Assembly (NCBI GenBank): GCA_023258935.1
Contig: JAHFRG010000002.1
Span: 1-48,172, forward strand
From: Betaproteobacteria bacterium
Lineage (GTDB): Bacteria; Pseudomonadota; Gammaproteobacteria; Burkholderiales; JAHFRG01
Direction of reading: 5' to 3'
DNA: 48,172 nucleotides
Below, piece after piece: positions 19,469-29,544 of the stretch. Every line of letters begins with the position of its first letter. Within the stretch, counting starts at the first letter, position 1. The position numbers were made by a program, and so were the translations under genes. The notes beneath the pieces are model-generated. The model saw nothing but the letters and a program-made list of their open reading frames with translations. It searched no databases and was not told the DNA's origin.

Positions 19469-19915
19469 ATGTTTCAGGGGGCGTCAACAATTAATTTGGA
19501 TGCCAAAGGTCGCCTGGCAGTGCCGACGCGGCATCGTGACGAACTACAACATCAAGGCGCGGGGAAACTCGTGCTAACCGCTCACCCCGACAGCTGTCTC
19601 CTACTTTATCCCTACGCCGCATGGGAACCAATACGAACCAAAGTTATGGGTTTCCCAAGCCTCGATCGCCAGGCAAGCCTGTGGAAACGCTTGCTGGTTG
19701 GATTTGCCGAAGAAGTGGAGCTTGATGCCGTGGGACGCGTGCTGATTTCTCCCGAGCTTCGCACATTTGCCGCTCTCGAGAAGCGCGTGATGATGGTTGG
19801 CCAAGGCAGCCATTTTGAAATCTGGAGCTTGGAAGCCTGGAATAAACAACTGGAGCAAATTACCACGCAAGGCAACAACACGCTGCCACCAGGCATGGAG
19901 AATTTTTCGCTGTGA
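19469..19915 (+). CDS. mraZ: transcriptional regulator MraZ
   Basis: MFQGASTINLDAKGRLAVPTRHRDEL... with a second SpoVT/AbrB-like repeat (ELDAVGRVLISPELR). Confidence 0.95.
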   Translation: MFQGASTINLDAKGRLAVPTRHRDELQHQGAGKLVLTAHPDSCLLLYPYAAWEPIRTKVMGFPSLDRQASLWKRLLVGFAEEVELDAVGRVLISPELRTFAALEKRVMMVGQGSHFEIWSLEAWNKQLEQITTQGNNTLPPGMENFSL

Positions 19916-19923
19916 GTTCGTAA

Positions 19924-20889
19924 ATGAACTCACAGCACACAACAGTTCTACTGAACGAAGCAATCAGGGCGCTCAATGTGCGGCCTGATGGAGTGTACGT
20001 GGATTGCACTTTTGGGCAAGGCGGCCACAGCCGCGCTGTATTGAGAAAGCTCTCGGCTGACGGACGCCTGATTGCGCTGGATAAAGACACGGCGGCGGTT
20101 GCGGCCGGGCGCGCGATTAATGACGCACGCTTTCGCATCGTGCACCGCGCTTTTGGTGGATTGCGCGAAGTGCTGCGTGAATTGAATGTGCCCCGAGTAG
20201 ACGGGGTGTTGCTGGATCTTGGCGTGTCTTCACCGCAGCTTGAGGATGCGGCGCGCGGCTTCAGCTTCCGTTTGGACGGGCCACTGGACATGCGCATGGA
20301 TACAAGCCGTGGGGAAACCGCCACGCAGTGGCTGGCGAGCGCTTCAGAAGAGAAGATCGGGGAGGTCATAAAAAAATATGGCGAGGAACGGTTTGCTAAA
20401 CAGATTGCAAGAGAGATTGTTGCGGCTAGAGCGCGGGGACCTGTTAGCACCACACGGCAACTTGCCCAGATCGTGGCAAAAGCGGTTCGGACGCGCGAGC
20501 CAAACCAGGATCCGGCGACGCGCACATTTCAAGCTTTACGGATTCACCTCAATCAGGAGCTTGAGGAATTGTCGCTAGTTTTGCCGCAAGCGGTGGATAT
20601 GCTGCGGCCTTTAGGGAGGCTGGTAGTGATCAGCTTTCACTCACTTGAAGACCGTATAGTGAAACGCTTTATGCGCACGATGGCGCAATCAAATCACTTA
20701 CCAGAAAAATTACCGGTACGGGCCGGAGAAATGGCGCAGCCGAAATTGCGCCTGATAGGCAAGGCGATCAAGCCAAGCGAGCAAGAAGTTCAGGCTAATC
20801 CACGCGCGCGCAGCGCGGTGATGCGCGTTGCCGAACGTACCGATACGACAAGGGATCGAAGCGCAGCAAACCAGAAATACACAATTTAG
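19924..20889 (+). CDS. rsmH: 16S rRNA (cytosine1402-N4)-methyltransferase
   Basis: [13 protein letters not shown]...[16 protein letters not shown]...[18 protein letters not shown] motifs. Confidence 0.95.
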   Translation: MNSQHTTVLLNEAIRALNVRPDGVYVDCTFGQGGHSRAVLRKLSADGRLIALDKDTAAVAAGRAINDARFRIVHRAFGGLREVLRELNVPRVDGVLLDLGVSSPQLEDAARGFSFRLDGPLDMRMDTSRGETATQWLASASEEKIGEVIKKYGEERFAKQIAREIVAARARGPVSTTRQLAQIVAKAVRTREPNQDPATRTFQALRIHLNQELEELSLVLPQAVDMLRPLGRLVVISFHSLEDRIVKRFMRTMAQSNHLPEKLPVRAGEMAQPKLRLIGKAIKPSEQEVQANPRARSAVMRVAERTDTTRDRSAANQKYTI

Positions 20890-20900
20890 GAAGGTTAGCC

Positions 20901-21191
20901 GTGACTAGATTGAACCTGATATTGGCACTCATATTGATAGGTTGCGCGCTGGGTGTTGTGTCCTCACAGCACAAGGCGCGCAAGTTGTTTGTGGAACTGC
21001 AGAAAGAGCAGGAATTGACCACTCGACTTGACGTGGAATGGGGGCAATTGCAGCTCGAGCAGAGCACTTGGGCGACGCATGCACGCATTGAAAAAATCGC
21101 AGGCACGACCCTGCAGATGCGTGTACCCGATGCCAGGCACCTCCAAGTAATCACGCCCGAGTCTGTGCCAACAGAGAGAGCACATGAATAG
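20901..21191 (+). CDS. ftsL: cell division protein FtsL
   Basis: 96-aa bitopic protein (TM LILALILIGCALGVV) followed by a coiled coil. GTG start. Positioned between rsmH and ftsI. Confidence 0.85.
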   Translation: MTRLNLILALILIGCALGVVSSQHKARKLFVELQKEQELTTRLDVEWGQLQLEQSTWATHARIEKIAGTTLQMRVPDARHLQVITPESVPTERAHE

Positions 21192-22914
21192 CCATACCAA
21201 CCCCGCTTTGGTACTGCGGTTGCCGGCGTGGCGCTCGCGCATGGTACTGCTTGCACTGGTGTTGTGGTTTTGCGGACTCGCAGGCAGGGCATTTTACCTG
21301 CAAAGCATGCACAACAATTTTCTGCAGCAAAAAGGGGATGCTCGCTATAGCCGCGTGATCGAAATCACCGCTCACCGTGGAGTGATTACCGATCGCTCGG
21401 GCGAACCGCTGGCTATCAGCACGCCGGTGGAATCGGTTTGGGTGAGTCCCGCAGACATCGAGATTACTGCGCAAAAACAAAAACAGTTGGCAAAACTCTT
21501 GGAAATCGACAACGCAGAAATCAGCAAGCGTTTGCACGAAACCGGCAGGGAGTTCGTCTATTTGAAACGCCATCTTTCTCCGGAAGAAGCCGCCAAAGTC
21601 GTGCAGCTGAAAATTCCCGGGGTATTTCTGCAGCGCGAGTACCGCCGCTATTACCCGGCCGGCGAGGTCATGGCGCACTTACTGGGATTTACCGATGTTG
21701 ACGATAACGGCCAGGAAGGCCTGGAACTCGCCTACCAGGATTGGCTTGCCGGCAAGCCGGGCAGCCGCCGGGTAATCAAGGACCGGCTCGGGCACATCGT
21801 CGAAGACGTGGAGAGCATCAAGGTGCCGCAGGAAGGGCGCACGCTCGTACTCAGCATAGACAGCAAAATCCAGTATCTCGCCTACCGCGAACTTAAGAAA
21901 GCGGTGGAAGCACAGCACGCCAAGGCTGGCGGCATTGTAGTTCTGGATGCAAAAAGCGGGGAAGTGCTGGCGCTGGCGAGCCTGCCTTCGTACAACCCCA
22001 ACAATCGCACCAAGCTCAATCTGCAACGCACACGCAACCGGGTCATCACCGATTTATTCGAGCCGGGCTCCACGCTCAAGCCGTTTACAGTGGCGGCAGC
22101 GCTGGAAGCGGGAGTGGTTACGCCGGATAGCGTGATTGAAACCGCGCCTGGGCAATTCAACATCGGCAATTCCACAATTCACGATGCACACCATGAAGGG
22201 GCGCTGACCGTTGCACAAATCATTCAGAAATCCAGCAACATCGGCGCTGCAAAAATCGCGTTGGCGTTGACTTCGCAATCTCTGTGGAATATTTTCGACC
22301 GTGTTGGCTTTGGCGCAATGCCGCGTTCTGGGTTTCCCGGAGAAGTCTCGGGAAAACTGCGCTCGTATAAAACCTGGCGTCCGATTGAGCAGGCCACTAT
22401 GTCTTACGGACATGGTATTTCGGTGAGCCTTATACAGCTTGCGCGCGCCTATACCGTATTTGCCACCGAAGGCAAATTGCAGCCCCTGTCCCTGCTGAAG
22501 CTGGATACGCCGCCAAGCGGCAGCTTCGTGATTTCTACGGCAACCACGCGCGCTGTGCGCAGCATGCTGGAACTGGCGGTGGAGCCTGGCGGCACCGCGC
22601 CGCGCGCGCAAATTCTGGGCTATCGTGTCGCCGGCAAAACCGGAACCGCGCATAAACTGGAAGGCGGAAACTACGCCGGCGATCGCTATGTGTCCTCGTT
22701 TGTCGGAATGGCTCCTGCTTCAGCCCCGCGTTTGATCGTTGCAGTGATGCTGGATGAACCCTCCGCCGGACTGTATTACGGCGGCGTTGTGGCGGCGCCG
22801 GTATTCAGCCAGGTTATGGCGGGAGCGCTGCGTATATTAAACATCCCGCCTGATGAACCTAGCAATCATGTTTTACCCCCCACCGATTTCCCCGAAATCA
22901 AGGAGGAAGTATGA
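21184..22914 (+). CDS. ftsI: peptidoglycan D,D-transpeptidase FtsI (PBP3)
   Basis: SxxK (GSTLKP), SxN (KSSNIG) and KTG (AGKTGTA) motifs. The start overlaps the ftsL stop. Confidence 0.95.
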   Translation: MNSHTNPALVLRLPAWRSRMVLLALVLWFCGLAGRAFYLQSMHNNFLQQKGDARYSRVIEITAHRGVITDRSGEPLAISTPVESVWVSPADIEITAQKQKQLAKLLEIDNAEISKRLHETGREFVYLKRHLSPEEAAKVVQLKIPGVFLQREYRRYYPAGEVMAHLLGFTDVDDNGQEGLELAYQDWLAGKPGSRRVIKDRLGHIVEDVESIKVPQEGRTLVLSIDSKIQYLAYRELKKAVEAQHAKAGGIVVLDAKSGEVLALASLPSYNPNNRTKLNLQRTRNRVITDLFEPGSTLKPFTVAAALEAGVVTPDSVIETAPGQFNIGNSTIHDAHHEGALTVAQIIQKSSNIGAAKIALALTSQSLWNIFDRVGFGAMPRSGFPGEVSGKLRSYKTWRPIEQATMSYGHGISVSLIQLARAYTVFATEGKLQPLSLLKLDTPPSGSFVISTATTRAVRSMLELAVEPGGTAPRAQILGYRVAGKTGTAHKLEGGNYAGDRYVSSFVGMAPASAPRLIVAVMLDEPSAGLYYGGVVAAPVFSQVMAGALRILNIPPDEPSNHVLPPTDFPEIKEEV

Positions 22915-24383
22915 GCTCCGGATTGGGGGATGCGACAAACATGGACTTAAGTGTTTTAAGACGCCTGGGTGTCAAGGTACAACGACTCACCACCGATAGT
23001 CGCAGGGCGCAGGCAGGCGATACTTTTTTGGCTTACCCGGGTGAAAAACTCGACGGGCGCAAATTCATTGCACAGGCGATTGCCGCAGGCGCGACTTCGG
23101 TGCTGTGGGAAAGCGAGAGTTTCGCCTGGAACCGCGAGTGGAAAGTGGTAAATCTCGGCGTAAAAGGACTGCGCGACAAGATTGGCGAACTTGCAAGCCA
23201 CGTATATGGGCAGCCGTCGCAAAAACTGTGGGTAATCGGCGTCACTGGCACCAACGGCAAGACGTCATGCAGCCACTGGATAGCGCAATGCCTGACCCGG
23301 CTTGGAAAAAAAACCGCAGTGGTGGGAACGCTTGGCAACGGTTTTCTCGGCGCTCTGGAGCCTACGCTCAATGCCACGCCGGACGCGGTGTTGCTTCAGG
23401 CGCAGATGGCGAAATTCGTGGAACAGGGTGCGCAGTGCGTGGCCATCGAGGTTTCTTCGCACAGCCTGGTACAAGGGCGGGTCAACGGCGTGGATTTTGA
23501 TATCGCGCTGTTTACCAATCTTTCGCGTGACCATCTGGATTATCACGGTGACATGGAGGCTTATGCGGCAGCCAAAGCCAAGCTATTTCACTGGCCCAGT
23601 TTGCAATACGCCATCATCAATATGGATGATCGTTTCGGAATGGAACTGGCAGCCGGCCTGAAGCAAACGCCGGTAACAGTATTTGGTTACGGGATGGGCA
23701 AAGGCGAAATCTCCGGCCACAACCTGAATTTGAGCAAGCACGGCCTGAACCTGGAAATTGTTACTTCTTGGGGCACAGCAAAGCTGCAAAGCCACATGCT
23801 CGGCGCTTTCAACGCCAGCAATCTGCTGGGTGTGCTTGCGGCCCTGCTGGCGAGCGAAGTGCCACTGCAAGATGCGGTGGAGGTATTGCAGGAAGTGCGT
23901 GCGGTTCCGGGACGGCTGCAAGTGTTGAGCGAAAAAGGCAAGCCGACCGTAGTGGTGGATTATGCGCACACGCCTGATGCACTGGAAAAAGTGTTGCAGA
24001 CGCTGCGCGGAATTTTAAACGGCGGAGGCGAGATGAGATTGATTTGCGTATTTGGCTGCGGCGGCGACCGCGACCGCGGCAAACGCGCGCTGATGGGGGC
24101 AGTGGCATCGCGGCTTGCGGACGCGTCGATCATCACCAGCGACAACCCGCGCGGGGAAACGCCGCGCGCCATCATTGAAGACATCGTAAGCGGCATGCAG
24201 CCCAATTACCGCGTGGTTGAGGACCGCGCCATGGCGATTTACCGAGCGATAGATGAGGCACACGAGGGCGACATTGTGTTGATTGCCGGCAAGGGACATG
24301 AAACGAATCAGGAAATCAACGGGGCGAAATTGCCGTTTAACGATGTAGAGGTGGCAAAAGCTGCGCTGCACCAGAAAGCTTAA
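22911..24383 (+). CDS. murE: UDP-N-acetylmuramoyl-L-alanyl-D-glutamate--2,6-diaminopimelate ligase
   Basis: GVTGTNGKTS P-loop and a DNPR motif (ITSDNPRGE). ATGA overlap with ftsI. Confidence 0.95.
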   Translation: MSSGLGDATNMDLSVLRRLGVKVQRLTTDSRRAQAGDTFLAYPGEKLDGRKFIAQAIAAGATSVLWESESFAWNREWKVVNLGVKGLRDKIGELASHVYGQPSQKLWVIGVTGTNGKTSCSHWIAQCLTRLGKKTAVVGTLGNGFLGALEPTLNATPDAVLLQAQMAKFVEQGAQCVAIEVSSHSLVQGRVNGVDFDIALFTNLSRDHLDYHGDMEAYAAAKAKLFHWPSLQYAIINMDDRFGMELAAGLKQTPVTVFGYGMGKGEISGHNLNLSKHGLNLEIVTSWGTAKLQSHMLGAFNASNLLGVLAALLASEVPLQDAVEVLQEVRAVPGRLQVLSEKGKPTVVVDYAHTPDALEKVLQTLRGILNGGGEMRLICVFGCGGDRDRGKRALMGAVASRLADASIITSDNPRGETPRAIIEDIVSGMQPNYRVVEDRAMAIYRAIDEAHEGDIVLIAGKGHETNQEINGAKLPFNDVEVAKAALHQKA

Positions 24384-24391
24384 GGCGCTCC

Positions 24392-25768
24392 ATGCTTGAT
24401 TTGCAGGAAGCGGCTGCCGCGTTAAATGCAACTGCGAAAGGAAAGAACGTGAGATTTTCGGGAGTGAGCTCGGATACGCGCACCTTGAAAAGCGGCGAGC
24501 TGTTCGTCGCGCTAAAAGGCGAGCGCTACGACGGTTGCGAGTTTTTGGTCCAGGCGCGTGAAAAAGGCGCAGTTGCGGCGCTGGTAGCGGAACCGGAATC
24601 GGCGAACGCTGCAGCCACGCTTGCGGCGCAGGGCGGTTTCCCGCTGCTCGTCGTAAAAGAAACCCGCAAATCGCTGGGCGAGCTGGCTGCGTATTGGCGC
24701 AGCCGTTTCAATATGCCCGTGGTAGGGGTGACCGGCAGCAACGGCAAGACCACGGTGAAGGAAATGCTAGCGGGTATTTTGCGCAAGGCTGCGGGATCGC
24801 AGCAGGCGGTGCTGGCGACGCGAGGCAACCTCAATAACGACATCGGCGTGCCGCTTACCTTGCTGGAAATGCGAAGCCAACATCGTTATGCGGTAATTGA
24901 AATGGGCATGAACCATCCGGGAGAAATTTCTTATTTAACCAGCCTGGCCAAGCCTAATGTGGCGCTGGTGAATAACGTCGCACCAGCCCATCTCGCGGGC
25001 TTGGGTTCGCTGGAACAGGCGGCGCGCGCCAAAGGTGAAATTTTTGAAGGGCTTTCTGAAAACGGGGTGGCGGTAATCAACGCCGACGATGAATACGCGA
25101 ATCTGTGGCGCGGGCTGTGCACAGGCAAGCGCGTGCTCGATTTCGGCTTGAGCCATCCCGCGGCGGTGAGCGCGCGCTGCGAGCTGCGCGGCAGTGGAGC
25201 CGAAATTGCGGTGCGATCTGATGCCGGTGAAATGAATATCATCTTGCAGGTTCCCGGTTTGCATAACGCGAGGAACGCGCTTGCCGCAGCGACTTGCGCA
25301 CTGGCGCTGGGCATCAGCAGCGAAGCGATCAGCATCGGGCTTGCCGCATTTACCGGGGTAAAGGGGAGGCTGCAGCGCAAACCGGGCAAGAATGGCGCAG
25401 TCGTGATTGATGACACCTACAACGCCAATCCGGATTCGGTGCGCACAGCAATAGAAGTGTTACGCAGCGAAGCCGGAAAAAAAATTCTGGTGCTGGGCGA
25501 CATGGGAGAACTCGGTGAGCAAGGCCCCGCATTGCACATGCAAATCGGTGCGCAGGCAAAACACGCGGGCGTTGATGTGCTGTACACCCTGGGCGAACTC
25601 TCGGCCGGCGCGACGCAGCGTTTCGGCACAGGGGCCAGGCATTTCACGCAAATCGAGGTGTTGCTGGCCGAGGTAGAAAAACTGCTGGCACCGGGTGTCA
25701 CGGTGTTGGTGAAGGGCTCACGCTTCATGCATATGGAGAGAATAACGGAAAGGTTGACCCTTGAATGA
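24392..25768 (+). CDS. murF: UDP-N-acetylmuramoyl-tripeptide--D-alanyl-D-alanine ligase
   Basis: GVTGSNGKTTVKEM P-loop and DDTYNANPDS. Confidence 0.95.
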   Translation: MLDLQEAAAALNATAKGKNVRFSGVSSDTRTLKSGELFVALKGERYDGCEFLVQAREKGAVAALVAEPESANAAATLAAQGGFPLLVVKETRKSLGELAAYWRSRFNMPVVGVTGSNGKTTVKEMLAGILRKAAGSQQAVLATRGNLNNDIGVPLTLLEMRSQHRYAVIEMGMNHPGEISYLTSLAKPNVALVNNVAPAHLAGLGSLEQAARAKGEIFEGLSENGVAVINADDEYANLWRGLCTGKRVLDFGLSHPAAVSARCELRGSGAEIAVRSDAGEMNIILQVPGLHNARNALAAATCALALGISSEAISIGLAAFTGVKGRLQRKPGKNGAVVIDDTYNANPDSVRTAIEVLRSEAGKKILVLGDMGELGEQGPALHMQIGAQAKHAGVDVLYTLGELSAGATQRFGTGARHFTQIEVLLAEVEKLLAPGVTVLVKGSRFMHMERITERLTLE

Positions 25769-25811
25769 CGAGCTGTTACGCGGGCTCAACGCCCGGAAAT
25801 GTGAATAACGC

Positions 25812-26897
25812 ATGCTGCTTGCATTAACACAATGGCTGGCGCAGGACATCCGCGCTTTCAACGTATTCAATTACATCACGTTGCGCGCGGTGCTGGCTAC
25901 GCTCACCGCGCTGATGATTTCTTTCGTCGTCGGCCCGGCGACGATCAAAAAGCTCACCGCCTACAAAATCGGGCAGGCGGTGCGTGACGACGGGCCGAGC
26001 TCGCACTTGAGCAAAATCGGAACGCCGACCATGGGTGGTGCATTGATTCTGGTTTCTGTCGCTTTGACTACTTTGCTGTGGGCTGATATGCGCAACCGCT
26101 TTGTATGGGTGGTGCTGGTGGTCACATTGGGCTTCGGTCTTATCGGCTGGGTGGATGATTATCGCAAAGTTGTGCGGCGCAATCCCAAAGGCTTATCGGC
26201 GCGAACCAAATTTTTCTGGCAGTCGGTAATCGGGCTTGCCGCAGCGCTGTTTCTTGCGTTCAGCACCACGCTGCCGGCGCAAACTATTTTCATCGTGCCG
26301 TTCTTCAAGCATGTGGCTTACCCTCTGGGCACTGCCGGTTTTATCGTAATGACTTATCTGGTCATCGTGGGATCAAGCAATGCGGTGAATCTCACCGACG
26401 GCCTGGACGGCTTGGCCATCATGCCCACGGTAATGGTGGGCAGCGCGCTGGGCGTGTTCGCTTATGTTGCCGGGCACGCCATCTTTTCCAAGTATCTCGG
26501 GTTTCCTTTCATTCCCGGTGCGGGGGAGTTGACGGTATTTTGCGCAGCGCTGGCAGGCGCGGGCCTGGCTTTCCTGTGGTTCAACGTCTACCCGGCGGAA
26601 GTGTTCATGGGCGATGTGGGCGCGCTGGCGCTCGGCGCCGCTCTAGGCGTGGTGGCGGTGATCGTGCGCCAGGAAATCGTGCTGTTCATCATGGGCGGTG
26701 TGTTTGTGGTGGAAACGCTTTCGGTGGTGCTGCAAGTAGCCTCGTTCAAATTGACCGGGAAACGCATATTCCGCATGGCGCCTTTGCACCACCACTATGA
26801 GTTAAAGGGTTGGAAAGAGAATCAGGTGGTGGTGCGGTTCTGGATCATCACCATGATGCTGGTTTTGGTCGGTCTTTCCACGCTCAAACTGCGCTAA
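25812..26897 (+). CDS. mraY: phospho-N-acetylmuramoyl-pentapeptide transferase
   Basis: Polytopic membrane protein with [20 protein letters not shown] and [13 protein letters not shown] motifs. Confidence 0.95.
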   Translation: MLLALTQWLAQDIRAFNVFNYITLRAVLATLTALMISFVVGPATIKKLTAYKIGQAVRDDGPSSHLSKIGTPTMGGALILVSVALTTLLWADMRNRFVWVVLVVTLGFGLIGWVDDYRKVVRRNPKGLSARTKFFWQSVIGLAAALFLAFSTTLPAQTIFIVPFFKHVAYPLGTAGFIVMTYLVIVGSSNAVNLTDGLDGLAIMPTVMVGSALGVFAYVAGHAIFSKYLGFPFIPGAGELTVFCAALAGAGLAFLWFNVYPAEVFMGDVGALALGAALGVVAVIVRQEIVLFIMGGVFVVETLSVVLQVASFKLTGKRIFRMAPLHHHYELKGWKENQVVVRFWIITMMLVLVGLSTLKLR

Positions 26898-28306
26898 TGG
26901 AAATCGTGAAGCTATCGGGCAAAAAAATTCTGGTACTGGGATTGGGCGACAGCGGCTTGTCCATGGCGCGCTGGCTTCACCGCAAGGGCGCGCAAGTGCG
27001 CGTGGCCGACAGCCGCAAGCTGCCGCCGCACGCTGCGCAACTCGCCAAGGAGTTGCCGCAAGTGCCGCTTGAAAGCGGCCCTTTCCGCGACAGCAGTTTT
27101 ACCGGAATAGACATGATTGCTATCAGCCCCGGCGTTGCCCTCCGGGAGCCTCGGGTTTCCGAGGCTCTTAACGCCGGGGTTTTTGTTGCCGGGGATGTGG
27201 AGCTTTTCGCACAGGCGCTCAAGTCATTTGCACCGGCAATGGTGATCGCTATAACCGGCTCCAACGGCAAGAGTACGGTAACCAGCATGACCGGCGCGAT
27301 GTGCCGTGCTGCCGGTCTCAACACCGTGGTTGCTGGCAACATCGGCCTGCCGGTGCTGGATGCGTTGACGCAAGTTGAAATGGAAATGCGCCAAGGGGGA
27401 AAAGCGCCTGATGTATTCGTGCTGGAGCTGTCCAGCTTTCAATTGGAAACCACCCACAGCCTGGATGCCAGCGCGGCCACGGTATTGAACCTGTGCCAAG
27501 ACCATCTCGACCGTTACGACAGCATGGACGAATACGCAGCAGCCAAGGCGCGCATTTTCTCAGGCCACGGCGTGCAGGTGGTGAACCGCGAGGATGATTT
27601 CAGCTGGCGCCTTGCCGATCCTGCGCGGACTGTTCTGAGTTTCGGTTTGGGAAAACCCGGTAATAACAGGGAATGGGGCGTGGTTGTTTCAGACGGCGAA
27701 CCCTGGCTCGCGCAAGGGGAAATAAAACTGATGCCGCTTAAGGAATTGCCGCTGGCCGGTTTGCACAATGCCGCCAACGCGCTTGCCGCAATGGCGTTGT
27801 GCAGGGCTATTGGAATGGAATACCAGCCGCTGCTTTCCGAGCTGAGAAAATTTTCAGGGCTGCCGCACCGCGTGCAAAAGGTTGCGGAAATTCGCGGTGT
27901 GGCGTTTTACGACGATTCCAAGGGCACCAATGTCGGCGCCACCGTCGCCGCGCTCACCGGCATGCCGCAAAAAGTGGTGCTGATCGCGGGAGGGGATGGC
28001 AAGGGCCAGGATTTTTCCCCGCTTAAATCCGCGATTGCCGCCCGCGCCCGCGCACTGGTGCTGATCGGCCGTGACGCGGACAAAATCGCCAATGCTGTTG
28101 CCGGTTGTGGTGTGGCGCTGTTGCGCGCGGCCACCATGGAAGACGCGGTAATACTGAGTTTCAGCAAGGCGCAGCGCGGCGACGCGGTGCTGCTTTCCCC
28201 CGCTTGCGCCAGTTTCGACATGTTCCGCGATTATGAGCACAGGGCCGAGGTATTCATGCGCGCAGTGCAGGGCCTGCAAGCCCAGCCCAAGGTTGGAGCG
28301 AACTAA
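26897..28306 (+). CDS. murD: UDP-N-acetylmuramoylalanine--D-glutamate ligase
   Basis: I chose the ATG at 26897 (TAATG overlap with mraY). It gives [22 protein letters not shown] (Rossmann N-terminus) and the ITGSNGKST P-loop. The 26810 ORF-track start lies inside mraY. Confidence 0.93.
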   Translation: MEIVKLSGKKILVLGLGDSGLSMARWLHRKGAQVRVADSRKLPPHAAQLAKELPQVPLESGPFRDSSFTGIDMIAISPGVALREPRVSEALNAGVFVAGDVELFAQALKSFAPAMVIAITGSNGKSTVTSMTGAMCRAAGLNTVVAGNIGLPVLDALTQVEMEMRQGGKAPDVFVLELSSFQLETTHSLDASAATVLNLCQDHLDRYDSMDEYAAAKARIFSGHGVQVVNREDDFSWRLADPARTVLSFGLGKPGNNREWGVVVSDGEPWLAQGEIKLMPLKELPLAGLHNAANALAAMALCRAIGMEYQPLLSELRKFSGLPHRVQKVAEIRGVAFYDDSKGTNVGATVAALTGMPQKVVLIAGGDGKGQDFSPLKSAIAARARALVLIGRDADKIANAVAGCGVALLRAATMEDAVILSFSKAQRGDAVLLSPACASFDMFRDYEHRAEVFMRAVQGLQAQPKVGAN

Positions 28307-29455
28307 ATGGACTTGCAAAAAAAGCGCGCACCGCTGCCTGCATACGATGAAACGCTTGCATGGTTGACGCTGTCGCTGCTCTGTCTCGGGCTGGTGATGG
28401 TGTATTCGGCGTCCATTGCAATTGCCGAGGCCGGCAAATGGCATCAGCCGACTTATTTTCTGATGCGGCACGCGCTATTTCTTGGTATCAGCATCGCGCT
28501 GGCGGCGATTGCATTTCAATTGCCGATGCACCTTTGGCAGCGTATGTCGCCTTATTTGTTCCTGCTCGGCACGGGCCTGTTGGTATTGGTGCTGATACCC
28601 GGGGTTGGACGCGAAGTCAACGGCAGCCAGCGCTGGCTGCCATTGGTCTTCGTGAACTTGCAGCCGTCGGAATTCATGAAGTTGTTAGTGGTGATTTACG
28701 CGGCCGATTACACGGTGCGCAAGGCCGCTTATATGCATAGCTTCCGCAAGGGGTTCCTGCCCATGTTTCTGGTGATGCTGCTGATCGGAGGACTCTTGCT
28801 GCGAGAGCCGGATTTCGGTGCGTTTGCAGTGATTACCGTGATCGCCATGGCGATTCTGTTTCTGGGAGGGATGAACTGGAAACTGTTCGCCGGATTGATC
28901 GTCATGCTCGTCATCGGATTTCTGCTATTGATCTGGACTTCGCCTTACCGCATGCAACGCATCATCGGTTTCATGGATCCGTGGGCAGACCCCTATGGCA
29001 ACGGGTATCAGTTGAGCCACGCGCTGATTGCGTTCGGGCGTGGCGAGTGGCTGGGCGTGGGGCTTGGTGGCAGCGTTGAGAAACTCCTTTACCTGCCCGA
29101 AGCGTACACCGATTTCCTGCTCGCTGTAATCGCCGAAGAACTTGGATTCGCGGGTGTCATTGTGGTCATCGCGTTGTTCGCCTGGCTGGTGATGCGGGCA
29201 TTTGCCATCGGCCGCCAGGCGGCTTATATGGAGCGCTATTTTTCCGCGCTGGTGGCGCAGGGCGTCGGCGTTTGGCTTGCTGTGCAGGCGATTATCAATA
29301 TCGGAGTCAATATGGGTGTGCTGCCGACCAAGGGCTTGACCTTACCGCTGATGAGCTTTGGCGGCAGCAGCTTGGTGGCAAATTGCATTGCGATTGCCTT
29401 GCTGCTGCGAGTGGATTGGGAAAATCGCCATCTGATGCGGGGGAAACCCGTATGA
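28307..29455 (+). CDS. ftsW: peptidoglycan glycosyltransferase FtsW (SEDS family)
   Basis: 10-TM SEDS protein with [15 protein letters not shown] and [17 protein letters not shown] motifs. Confidence 0.93.
   Translation: MDLQKKRAPLPAYDETLAWLTLSLLCLGLVMVYSASIAIAEAGKWHQPTYFLMRHALFLGISIALAAIAFQLPMHLWQRMSPYLFLLGTGLLVLVLIPGVGREVNGSQRWLPLVFVNLQPSEFMKLLVVIYAADYTVRKAAYMHSFRKGFLPMFLVMLLIGGLLLREPDFGAFAVITVIAMAILFLGGMNWKLFAGLIVMLVIGFLLLIWTSPYRMQRIIGFMDPWADPYGNGYQLSHALIAFGRGEWLGVGLGGSVEKLLYLPEAYTDFLLAVIAEELGFAGVIVVIALFAWLVMRAFAIGRQAAYMERYFSALVAQGVGVWLAVQAIINIGVNMGVLPTKGLTLPLMSFGGSSLVANCIAIALLLRVDWENRHLMRGKPV
29432..29453 (+). repeat. direct repeat copy 1 (CTGATGCGGGGGAAACCCGTAT) at the ftsW 3' end
   Basis: Identical 22-mer to 29521-29542, with a period of 89 bp. 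It encodes the last 7 codons of FtsW (LMRGKPV) and a GGGGGAA Shine-Dalgarno-like element. Confidence 0.9.
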
Positions 29456-29544
29456 GCGGGCAGATTTCAGTGAAGGCTAACGTTCGTGCAACTAACGTTA
29501 CGCCGAAACTAAAATCAAAGCTGATGCGGGGGAAACCCGTATAG
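29452..29544 (+). CDS. candidate 30-codon bridging ORF ([30 protein letters not shown]), speculative
   Basis: Its ATG forms an ATGA overlap with the ftsW stop. Its last 7 codons are the duplicated FtsW C-terminus. Its TAG directly abuts the murG ATG. Confidence 0.25.
   Translation: MSGQISVKANVRATNVTPKLKSKLMRGKPV
29521..29542 (+). repeat. direct repeat copy 2, immediately upstream of the murG ATG
   Basis: Perfect copy of 29432-29453, followed by AG and then ATG (the murG start at 29545). Confidence 0.9.

Noticed and set aside
19860-20525. 221-aa minus-strand ORF opposite rsmH
   Set aside because: It is a shadow frame of a conserved methyltransferase gene, with an S/A/R-rich composition.
27854-28471. 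205-aa minus-strand ORF spanning the murD/ftsW junction
   Set aside because: It is antisense to two well-supported dcw genes and has no motifs.
29272-29544. 90-aa + strand ORF in the track that ends at the murG start
   Set aside because: Its first ~60 codons are an out-of-frame read of the ftsW 3' region. Only the last 30 codons (from ATG 29452) are of interest, and those are reported separately.
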